The notes under the pieces are model-generated. The model made no database searches. It was given only the letters and a program-made list of their open reading frames with translations, and was not told where the DNA came from. The translations under genes were made by a program, and so were the position numbers. Below are positions 26,998 to 34,736 of a DNA stretch of 64,000 nt, piece after piece. Origin of the DNA: Pseudomonadota bacterium (GTDB taxonomy: Bacteria; Oederibacteriota; Muellerivitia; Muellerivitales; Muellerivitaceae); assembly GCA_021324075.1 (NCBI GenBank), contig JAJPJW010000025.1, forward strand, positions 43,306 to 107,305, in the 5' to 3' direction. Within the stretch, counting starts at the first letter, position 1, and each line of letters opens with the position of its first letter.

Positions 26998-28173
26998 TCA
27001 CGCCCGGGCCGCGCCCCGGGACCGCCACCGATCCCAGGCCCCGCGGATCAGTCGGTTGGCGGGCCATTCGAAGAAACGGTAGGAAAGGGAAGCCACCAGG
27101 GTGGTGAGAAGGACCAAGAGGGCGAAGCCGCCGAGGAGGCCCAGGCTTCCTAAAAGGGGCCGGCTGATGAAAAGCACAAGGGGGTGGAGCAGGTAACAGC
27201 CGTAGCAGTACCTGCCGGGGTAAGCCAGGGCCTTCAGCCAGGGTGATTCCCAGAAGGAAAGGGAGAGGCCGCCCATCAGGAAAAGGAAGAGCCCCCCGGC
27301 CAGGACTTCGGGGACGAAAATTTCCTGCAGGGGGTCGTTCTCGCGGGTCCCGAAATAGGCCGACAGGAGGACCAGGGCCCCCGCAAGACAAAGGAGAACG
27401 GCGGTTTTTTTCTTCCGCAAAAGAGAGGGGCCGTAGCGCCGGAAAGCCAGATAAAGCGCGATACCGCAGGCGATCAAGTCGAATTTGGCTGGGGAAGCGT
27501 AGGATTCCACGAAGTCGTTGGAGCCCCTGTGGAAATAAAAATAAGACCTCCAGGCCAATCCGGCCAAAACGACCAGGGCCAAAACCACCCGGAAATTCCG
27601 GGTGTTCCGGATCTTTCCCAGGGCCCAGGGATAAAGCAGGTAAAACTGTTCCTCGATAGCCAGGCTCCAGAGGATCATCCAAGGGACCGAATAGTTCCAA
27701 TCAGGCCGGAAGACCAGAAGCCAGTTGAAGAGGAAGGTGGATGCGCAAAACCAGAACCAGCCATCGTGGTTGCCGCCGGGGGTGAAGAATTGCCGGTAGA
27801 GCGCCGAGGCGGGCGGGGCGAGGAAAAAAACGGCGATTCCCCAGGCGAGGCAAAGCAGGAAAAGGGGCCAGATACGGCCGATGCGGCGCAGGTAAAAGCG
27901 GGGAAGGTCGGGCTTGAAAAGGCCGCCCGCGTCGCGCGCAAGGACGTGGGTGATGAGGAAGCCCGAGACCATGAAAAAAAGGAAGACCCCGTAGAAGCCG
28001 TTGACGCAAAACCGGCCCCAGAGCCAGGCTTTCCAGGGGCTGTCGAAGGGGACGTTGGAGTAATAATGGACGCCCATGACGGCGATCACGCAGGCGCCGC
28101 GCACCAGGTCGATGACCTGCCAAGTGGGGGGAGCAGCCGAATTTTTGCGGGTACTGGAAGGACGGGTGGTCAA
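26998..28173 (-). CDS. Acyltransferase family 3 membrane protein embedded in the hpn operon
   Basis: VIDLVRGACVIAVMGVHYY and FFMVSGFLITH motifs. Probable TTG start at 28173 overlapping the hpnC stop (TTGA). The track ORF extends to 28227. Confidence 0.6.
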   Translation of the reverse strand: MTTRPSSTRKNSAAPPTWQVIDLVRGACVIAVMGVHYYSNVPFDSPWKAWLWGRFCVNGFYGVFLFFMVSGFLITHVLARDAGGLFKPDLPRFYLRRIGRIWPLFLLCLAWGIAVFFLAPPASALYRQFFTPGGNHDGWFWFCASTFLFNWLLVFRPDWNYSVPWMILWSLAIEEQFYLLYPWALGKIRNTRNFRVVLALVVLAGLAWRSYFYFHRGSNDFVESYASPAKFDLIACGIALYLAFRRYGPSLLRKKKTAVLLCLAGALVLLSAYFGTRENDPLQEIFVPEVLAGGLFLFLMGGLSLSFWESPWLKALAYPGRYCYGCYLLHPLVLFISRPLLGSLGLLGGFALLVLLTTLVASLSYRFFEWPANRLIRGAWDRWRSRGAARA

Positions 28174-29042
28174 GAGCCCTTCCCCGGGGGCAGCAAGGCG
28201 GCCAAGAAGACCTGGAACTTGTCCCAAACCCCCAAATGGGGGCGTTGCTCCAGGACCTGGTAGTCCATCCCGCGGATTTTCCCCAGGATCCGGGAACCTC
28301 CCCGGCAGGTGGCTTTCAGCTCCAACTTGAGGCGCCCGGTCACCGCGTCCAAAAGGGGCAGGCCTTTCCGAAAGTAACCTTCGGTGAAATCCACCGCGCT
28401 CCGAACCATCCGGCGCACCGGGGGGGAATCCTGCAAGGCCAACAGGCCTTTCGCCCCCACCCCCGCTTTTTTCAATTCGGCCAGGGGGTAGTAAATCCGG
28501 CCGCGTTTCAAATCGATGGAACTGTCCTGCCAGAAGTTGATGAGCTGCAGGCCGCTGCAGATGAAATCCGAATACCGGTGGAGCTTTTCGTCCCGGATGC
28601 CCGAGATGAGCAGGACCATCCGGCCCACGGGGTTGGCGCTATGGCGGCAATAGTAAAGAAGGGCGTTCCAGGTGGAATAGCGGTGGTTCACCACATCCAT
28701 ACGGTAGGCGCGCAGGAGGTCCAGCGGGAGGGAAAGGGGGATTTGGAAGGTCCGGACCGTATGGGCGAAGGCCATGAGGGCCGCGGGGGCTTTTTTGCCT
28801 TTGAGGGCGTCTTTCAGGCCCCTTTCCCATCGGGCGATCTCCTTAAGCCGCCGGCCCTCATATTTTTCCTCGTCGGCGAAGTCGTCGGCGGTGCGGGCAT
28901 AGGCATAGAGGGCCGCCACATGGGGGCGGGAGACCTTGGGCAGGAGCAGGGAGGCCACCGGAAAATTCTCGTAGTGGCCGAAGGCCTGCCTTTGGCAGTC
29001 CTCATAGGCTTTTTCCAGGTGGGACGGGATGGAGACATCCAT
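28170..29042 (-). CDS. hpnC: Hydroxysqualene synthase (squalene synthase HpnC)
   Basis: HYENFPVASLLLP...ALYAYARTADDFADE is the N-terminal trans-isoprenyl diphosphate synthase head-to-head motif. First gene of the hpnC-D-E set. Confidence 0.7.
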   Translation of the reverse strand: MDVSIPSHLEKAYEDCQRQAFGHYENFPVASLLLPKVSRPHVAALYAYARTADDFADEEKYEGRRLKEIARWERGLKDALKGKKAPAALMAFAHTVRTFQIPLSLPLDLLRAYRMDVVNHRYSTWNALLYYCRHSANPVGRMVLLISGIRDEKLHRYSDFICSGLQLINFWQDSSIDLKRGRIYYPLAELKKAGVGAKGLLALQDSPPVRRMVRSAVDFTEGYFRKGLPLLDAVTGRLKLELKATCRGGSRILGKIRGMDYQVLEQRPHLGVWDKFQVFLAALLPPGKGS

Positions 29043-29174
29043 GGTCCCAAGGATAAAGGGGAAAGGTAGGGAGAGAAACGCTTATTTGCCCTTGGAATTA
29101 GGCCAATCGCCTTGCGATTGGCACTACCCAAGCTTAGCCCTTCGCCTCGTGGACCCAGGGCTGGGACGGCCTTT

Positions 29175-29861
29175 TTAGCGACCGCTGCCCAGCACTTCAC
29201 TAGCGGTCTGTGGGCCTTGCCTTAGGAAATTGTAAAGGAGCGCCGCGGCCACGGCGCCCAAGACCGGGCCCAGGGTGTAAATCCACATTTCCCCCAATTG
29301 TCCCTGGAACAGGGCGGGGGCCAGGGACCGGGCGGGGTTCATGGAGGCCCCGGTGACGGGCCCGCCCACGAAGGCCGCCAGCATGACCGTGCCGCCGATG
29401 GCGGCCCCCGCCATGGTGCCCTCGGCCCGGGTGTCGGTGGCCACCGCCATGATGACGAACATGAGGAAGAAGGTCAGGACCCCTTCCCAGGCCAGGGCCT
29501 GCGGGGGATGCACCGAGGAGAAGGTGGTCCCGTAGGCCCGGCCGGAGGGAAGGAGTAGAACCAAAAGCCCGCTGGCCGCGACGGCGCCGGAGAATTGGGC
29601 CAACCAATAAAAGGGGATCTGCCGCAGGGGGAAATGCCTTCCCACCGCGAAGGCCAGGGTGACGGCGGGGTTGAAATGGGCGCCGGAAATATGGCCCACC
29701 GCGTAAATCATGACGGCCACCGCCAGCCCGAAAACCACCGGGACGGCCGCAGGGGGGACGGAACCGGGGAACCGGTCCGCCACCATGACGGCCCCGCAGC
29801 CCGCGAAGACCAGGGTGAAGGTGCCCACCGCCTCGGCGATGGATTTTTTCAGGAGGGTCAC
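29175..29861 (-). CDS. MIP-family aquaglyceroporin (probable arsenite channel, AqpS-like)
   Basis: Two NPA boxes (HFNPAVT and SMNPARS). Six TM helices. Immediately downstream of arsC. Confidence 0.8.
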   Translation of the reverse strand: MTLLKKSIAEAVGTFTLVFAGCGAVMVADRFPGSVPPAAVPVVFGLAVAVMIYAVGHISGAHFNPAVTLAFAVGRHFPLRQIPFYWLAQFSGAVAASGLLVLLLPSGRAYGTTFSSVHPPQALAWEGVLTFFLMFVIMAVATDTRAEGTMAGAAIGGTVMLAAFVGGPVTGASMNPARSLAPALFQGQLGEMWIYTLGPVLGAVAAALLYNFLRQGPQTASEVLGSGR

Positions 29862-30280
29862 GGTTGGATTCCCTCCAGCGCGGCCCTCTTGAATTTCTCC
29901 TGGATCATGTCCCGGACCCTGCGGAACTCCTTCAGGAATTCCTCATTGGGTTCCTCGGTCTGGGGCGGGTCGGGGAAGGACCAGTGCAGGCGGTGCTTGG
30001 CGCCGGGGAAGACCGGGCAGGTTTCGTTGGCGTTGTCGCAAACCGTGATGACGTAGTCGAAAGGCTGGCCCAGGAACAGGTCCAGGCCCTTGGAAGCCTG
30101 GCCGGAAATGTCGATGCCGACCTCCTCCATGACCCGCACGGCGTTGGCATTGACGTGGGAAGCCACGGTGCCGGCGCTGAAAACCTCGAACTTGCCGGAA
30201 CCGTAGTGACGGAGGAAGCCTTCGGCCATTTGGGACCGGCAGGAGTTCTTGGTGCAGAGGATGAGGACGCGTTGTTTCAT
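29858..30280 (-). CDS. arsC: Arsenate reductase, LMW-PTP / thioredoxin-coupled type
   Basis: ILCTKNSCRSQMAEG P-loop. 141 aa from the internal Met. ATGA start-stop overlap with the upstream regulator and a 4-nt overlap with the aquaporin gene. Confidence 0.8.
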   Translation of the reverse strand: MKQRVLILCTKNSCRSQMAEGFLRHYGSGKFEVFSAGTVASHVNANAVRVMEEVGIDISGQASKGLDLFLGQPFDYVITVCDNANETCPVFPGAKHRLHWSFPDPPQTEEPNEEFLKEFRRVRDMIQEKFKRAALEGIQP

Positions 30281-30663
30281 TTTTTCCTTCCGGGCTTTTT
30301 CACCCAGCCGCCCAGGGTTTCCTTCAAACGGCTTTTCATGCCTTCCAATTCCCCGATTTTGGACTCCAATTCCCTGACCTTCCGGCTGAAGAGGTCCTTG
30401 GTCAGGTCGCAGCAGGGCCCCAGGCCTTTTTCCCCGCAAAAGGTGATCGTGTGGATCTCCTTGAGGGTCAATCCCATGGCCTGGGCCTTTTGGATGAACC
30501 GGAGCCGTTCCACCGTTTCGGCGGGGTAGAGCCGGAACCCCCCGGCCGTCCGAGCCGGCTTTTTCAACAGGCCTATTTGTTCGTAATAGCGGATGGTATG
30601 GATGGAGGCCCCGCTTTTTTTTGAAACCTGGCCTATTTGAAGTGCCTGACCCTTGGGCTCCAT
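30277..30663 (-). CDS. MerR-family metal-responsive transcriptional regulator with C-terminal Cys motif
   Basis: HTH IGQVSKKSGASIHTIRYYEQIGLL. Cys residues CGEKGLGPCC in the effector region. GGGAGG RBS. Confidence 0.7.
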   Translation of the reverse strand: MEPKGQALQIGQVSKKSGASIHTIRYYEQIGLLKKPARTAGGFRLYPAETVERLRFIQKAQAMGLTLKEIHTITFCGEKGLGPCCDLTKDLFSRKVRELESKIGELEGMKSRLKETLGGWVKKPGRKK

Positions 30664-30682
30664 GGTTCCTCCCGGTGAAGAA

Positions 30683-30720
30683 TGGTAAGGTCTAGAGCAT
30701 ACTCTAGAGTCAAGGTTTTA
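30683..30720 (-). promoter_or_regulatory. MerR-type promoter for the ars-like operon: -35 TTGACT, 19-bp spacer containing dyad CTAGAG-TATG-CTCTAG, -10 TACCAT-like
   Basis: Minus strand reads CCTTGACTctagagtatgctctagaCCTTACCATtcttcaccGGGAGGaaccATG. A 19-bp spacer with an operator dyad is the hallmark of MerR-regulated promoters. Confidence 0.55.
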
Positions 30721-30988
30721 GAGGAATTTAGGAAAGCGGTCCGAAGCCCGAAGTAACTTGGTAAAAATCCACCATGACATTGGAATTTACCCGGAAATCC
30801 CGTTAAGCTCGTTCCGCTGCGGCAAATAAAAGGATAAAAAGTGGAAAAGGAAAAAGCCCCCAGCCTCCCTGAGGTTTCCGGGCCCCCGGCGGTGGAGCCG
30901 GGGCCGGCCTGCGAGAAGGAAGTCCCCCATTACGAGGATGGGTTCACCCTGTCCGGCGGTTGTTGCAGCGGGGATTAAACGCCGGACG

Positions 30989-32038
30989 TCAGGGCGCGGC
31001 CAAGTCGAATTTTTGGACGCGGTGGTTTTCAGCGTCCACCACGAAGACGGAGCCGCCGGGGCCGAAGGCCAAGGCGGTGGGCCGGTTGAACTGCCCCTTT
31101 TGGTTTCCCGAATCGCCCCACTGCCCCTCGAACCCCAGGTCCGGCCCGAAAACCTGGATGCGGTTGTTGCCGTCGTCGGCCACGAAGAGGTTGTCCTGGG
31201 CATCGAACTTCAAGCCCTGGGGATGTTCGAACTGCCCGGGCGAGGAGCCCCTTTCCCCGAGCACCGAGAGGAACTGGCCGGCCCCATCGAACCGTTCGAT
31301 CCGGTTGTTGTTGAAGTCGGAGACGAAGACCTCGCCGGCCTTGTTGACGTCGATGCCCACCGGCCAATTGAACTGCCCGTCGCGCCCGCCCAGGCTTCCC
31401 CATTGAAGGAGATAATTCCCGCCCGTGTCGAACTTCTCAATCCGGTGGTTCCACTGGTCCGTCACGTAGACCCCGTCCCCGTGGATGGCGATGTCGTGGG
31501 GCTTGTTAAACTGGCCGTCGCCCTGGCCCGGAGTGCCCCATTGCGAAAGGAAAGCCCCAGAGGGATCGAACTTCTGGACCCTGGAATTGCCCGAATCCAC
31601 CACGTAAATGGCGCCGTCCCCGCCCACGGCAATGCCCAGGGGGGTGTTGAACTGGCCGCTTTGGTCGCCACAGGTCCCGAAGGAAAACTGGAATGATCCC
31701 CAGGAATCGAATTTTTGGACCCGGCAATTATGCCAGTCGGTGACCAGGGGAAATCCCTTGGCGTCCACGGCGACACCGATGGGCTCGCGGAACTGGCCAT
31801 TGTCCCCGCCCTCGCCGCCCCAGGAACTTTCAAACCGGCAGCTGACGGAAGCCGGCTTGGAGGAAGGCCTGGAACCTGAGAAACGGCCGGCCTTCGCGAA
31901 GAAAAAATAATAGGCGCCAAAGCCCAGGAGAAAAACGGCCAGGAAGAGGATGAGGACATTCATGAAGGTGAGGTCGATTTTGGGGGGGGAAGGGGGTTGG
32001 GGATCTAATTCCGGCATAGGGGTCCTCCTTATATACAT
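30989..32038 (-). CDS. NHL-repeat (6-bladed beta-propeller) protein with N-terminal membrane anchor
   Basis: Repeated xYVxDxxNxRIxKF units (VYVTDQWNHRIEKFD, VFVSDFNNNRIERFD, LFVADDGNNRIQVFG, VFVVDAENHRVQKFD). Confidence 0.75.
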   Translation of the reverse strand: MYIRRTPMPELDPQPPSPPKIDLTFMNVLILFLAVFLLGFGAYYFFFAKAGRFSGSRPSSKPASVSCRFESSWGGEGGDNGQFREPIGVAVDAKGFPLVTDWHNCRVQKFDSWGSFQFSFGTCGDQSGQFNTPLGIAVGGDGAIYVVDSGNSRVQKFDPSGAFLSQWGTPGQGDGQFNKPHDIAIHGDGVYVTDQWNHRIEKFDTGGNYLLQWGSLGGRDGQFNWPVGIDVNKAGEVFVSDFNNNRIERFDGAGQFLSVLGERGSSPGQFEHPQGLKFDAQDNLFVADDGNNRIQVFGPDLGFEGQWGDSGNQKGQFNRPTALAFGPGGSVFVVDAENHRVQKFDLAAP

Positions 32039-32121
32039 TCCGGCCGAAGGCTTTATAAGGCCTTATCTTAACAAACCCCTCCGGGCGTATTTTCTTTAAT
32101 TTTCGGATTCCTTGATTTCAT

Positions 32122-33243
32122 TTGGTATTCTTCTTCAACATGACCCTTTCCAAATCCTTTTTACGGGGCGCCTGCTTTTCCTTCTTCGGGCTCCTCCTGC
32201 TGGCCGAAATCCTCCTGCGGCTTACCGTTCCCACGGGCTTTTGGTACCGCCATTTCGACTTTTCCGGCGATATGACCAGCCTGGCCGAACTGAGGGACCG
32301 GATCCATTACGCCGTCCCCGGGGACCACCACATCCTGCTTTTGGGGGACAGCGTGCTGGGCGCCAGTTCCCTCATCGAACATCGAATCCCTGGCGCAAAA
32401 CAAAAAACCCTATCTTTTTTTTTACAAGGAGACATCCGGGAAGAAGATAAAAAAGACCCCTATGCGGGTCCCCGCCAAACTTTAAGCGTCCTCAGCCTTG
32501 GTTCGGATGGGCTGCTGCTAACCGATATCCAAGGCTTAAACGCGGAGTTGCCTTCCTCATCTCCAACTAAGATCCTCCTCCTTTTAAATTTCCGGATGTT
32601 TTCCAAGGATTTCGCCGACGGCCCCAAGGCCCTCTCCCGGCATTTTCTTTTAACCGACCTGCCCGAAGACATCCAAAAAAGGCTGGCGCCGGACAAGGCC
32701 CCTTCCGCCGAAACCCAGTTGAGCGACCGGGTCTATGCCGGGATGTGCGACCATTGGTTTCTTTTCCGGGAAACCCAGATGGCCAAGACCCTTTGGTATT
32801 ACCCCAGCCAGGCCGATTTCTTCCAGCGCCGACTGGAGCAGGTGCTGCCCCCCAATGAAACCCTCGCCGAGATCACCGAAGCCAGCCTGAAACAAAAGGT
32901 GGCTCCCTACTACCAAGCCTATCTTTGGGACCCCAGGGCCCTGCCCCTGACCTGCCTGAAGGGGATATTGAACCAATGGGCGGGCCGGCATCTTCAAGTC
33001 ATGGTGGTACTCACGCCCCAGAACCAGAAATACCTGGGGAGTTACCTGGACAAGCCCAGCTTTGAGAAGAACCGGAAAGCCTTGGCGGCCTTCATGAAGC
33101 CCTATAGGAAGCAGGGAATCACCTACCAGGATTGGGCGGACCGATATCCTTCCTCCGCCTTCCTGGACCATTGTCATTTGACGCCCGAGGGGAACCAGCT
33201 CTATGCAAAGGATTTAGCCATTGCCTGTATTGGGTGGGATTGA
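32122..33243 (+). CDS. SGNH/GDSL-family hydrolase/acyltransferase-like protein with N-terminal TM anchor
   Basis: Block I LLLGDSVLGAS and C-terminal block V DHCHLTPEGN. Divergent from the NHL gene; upstream of the MBOAT gene. Confidence 0.55.
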   Translation: MVFFFNMTLSKSFLRGACFSFFGLLLLAEILLRLTVPTGFWYRHFDFSGDMTSLAELRDRIHYAVPGDHHILLLGDSVLGASSLIEHRIPGAKQKTLSFFLQGDIREEDKKDPYAGPRQTLSVLSLGSDGLLLTDIQGLNAELPSSSPTKILLLLNFRMFSKDFADGPKALSRHFLLTDLPEDIQKRLAPDKAPSAETQLSDRVYAGMCDHWFLFRETQMAKTLWYYPSQADFFQRRLEQVLPPNETLAEITEASLKQKVAPYYQAYLWDPRALPLTCLKGILNQWAGRHLQVMVVLTPQNQKYLGSYLDKPSFEKNRKALAAFMKPYRKQGITYQDWADRYPSSAFLDHCHLTPEGNQLYAKDLAIACIGWD

Positions 33244-33450
33244 ATGAAAAACAAAAAATCCAGGGAACAACTGGTCCCGCCAACGCCTTTTCCACCCTTG
33301 AGTTACGGGGGCGAGAAACGGTTTTTCCACCGGTCGGACCCATTCTGGAAGGGCTTTGGGTTGGGGGTCCTCCTCTTTGCCCTTTTCCTGGCGATCCTGC
33401 TTTTTTCGGGGGATCTGTCAGCCTCCAAATTCATCTATGTGGATTTTTAA
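33244..33450 (+). CDS. Small single-pass membrane protein (68 aa), start overlapping the upstream stop (TGAATG)
   Basis: One C-terminal TM helix GLGVLLFALFLAILLF. Tight coupling to the SGNH gene; precedes the MBOAT gene. Confidence 0.35.
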   Translation: MKNKKSREQLVPPTPFPPLSYGGEKRFFHRSDPFWKGFGLGVLLFALFLAILLFSGDLSASKFIYVDF

Positions 33451-33518
33451 GGGCAGTCCACCGTTCGCAGTCGGCAGTCCGCAGTTAAGGCAGAAACTGA
33501 AACCTAAGAGGCTTCCTT

Positions 33519-34736
33519 TTGATTTTTAATACAAGTTGGTTCCTCCTCTTTTTTCTCCTCTTTTACTTCTTCCTCTGGCTCATGCCCAACGCCAAGGTCC
33601 GCTTTTTCTACACGCTCATTTGCAGCGCCATCTTCCATTACCACTTCGCCGGGCCCGCGGGGGTGATGCCGATCATCCTGATGGCCATCCTCACTTTTTT
33701 CATGGCCCTTTGGGTGGCCCGCTGCCCGCAGGGGAGCCCCCGGAAAAAATGGGTCTACGGCGTTTCCCTGTTAGTGCCCGTCTTCGGGCTGGTGTTCTAC
33801 AAATACCGCGCCCTTTTGCTGGGGTCCCTGGGGCCCTTCCTGGGCGGGGCGGCGGGCGGGTGGATGACCGCCAATGCGGTCCAACCCGCCATGCCGCTGG
33901 CCATTTCCTTTTTCACCTTCGAGTTCGTGCATTACCTGACCGACGTCTACCACGGCCACGGACAGCCGGTGAAGAACCCCTTCAAGTTCGCCTTGTTCTG
34001 CATTTTTTTCCCCTCCATCGTGTCCGGGCCCATCAAGCGGTTCCAGCCCTTCCTGGCCCAGTTGGAGCAGGGGTTGGAAAGGCCGGCGGCCTCCCAAGCC
34101 CTCTTGGGGCTCGCCCAAGTCTTGCTGGGGTTCTTCAAGAAGCTGGTCATCGCCGACAACGCCACCCTGGCCATCCACCTGCTGGAAAAGCGCAATGACC
34201 TGACCTCCGGGCCGGTCTGCCTCCTGTTGGCGCTGCTTTCCATCCGCATCCTCTTCGATTTCAGCGGCTATTCGGACATCGCCATCGGCCTGGGCAAGAT
34301 GATCGGCCTGGACCTTCCCGTGAACTTCAACTTCCCCTATGTCGCCCGCAACATCACCGATTTCTGGCGCCGGTGGCACATGTCCCTGAGCAGCTGGATC
34401 CGGGACTACATCTATATCCCCCTCGGGGGAAACCGGCACGGCCCCTTGCGGAAGTTCCTCAACCTCATGGTGACCATGTTCGTCTGCGGGCTTTGGCACG
34501 GGGCCAGCTGGCACTTCGGCCTTTGGGGCATGTACCATGGGGCGGCCCTGGCGGCGCACAACGCCTGGGGAAAATCCCGGGTGGGCCAAAGATGGGCTTC
34601 CTGGCCTTTCAGCCGCTGGGTCGACATCGGGGTGACCAATGTTTTCGTGGCCTATGGCTGGCTTTTGTTCTTTTACCCGGTGGACCAAGTGGTGAAATTC
34701 ACGAAATTCCTTTTTTCGATCCGAGGTGGAATGTGA
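33519..34736 (+). CDS. MBOAT-family membrane-bound O-acyltransferase (AlgI/DltB/PatA-like)
   Basis: Signature WRRWHMSLSSWIRDYIYIPLGGNRHG with the conserved His; ~10 TM helices. Confidence 0.85.
   Translation: MIFNTSWFLLFFLLFYFFLWLMPNAKVRFFYTLICSAIFHYHFAGPAGVMPIILMAILTFFMALWVARCPQGSPRKKWVYGVSLLVPVFGLVFYKYRALLLGSLGPFLGGAAGGWMTANAVQPAMPLAISFFTFEFVHYLTDVYHGHGQPVKNPFKFALFCIFFPSIVSGPIKRFQPFLAQLEQGLERPAASQALLGLAQVLLGFFKKLVIADNATLAIHLLEKRNDLTSGPVCLLLALLSIRILFDFSGYSDIAIGLGKMIGLDLPVNFNFPYVARNITDFWRRWHMSLSSWIRDYIYIPLGGNRHGPLRKFLNLMVTMFVCGLWHGASWHFGLWGMYHGAALAAHNAWGKSRVGQRWASWPFSRWVDIGVTNVFVAYGWLLFFYPVDQVVKFTKFLFSIRGGM

Noticed and set aside
29043-29174. Palindrome GCCAATCGC-CTTG-GCGATTGGC between the aquaporin gene and hpnC as an operator
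   Set aside because: It is a single 9-bp-stem hairpin with no adjacent -35/-10 elements that could be recognised. It is equally consistent with a weak terminator, and there is too little evidence either way.
34373-34736. N-terminal 120-aa extension of the NHL-SGNH ORF overlapping the MBOAT gene
   Set aside because: It lies in an alternative frame of the well-supported MBOAT coding region. A GTG start at 34733 gives a proper signal peptide and GTGA coupling.
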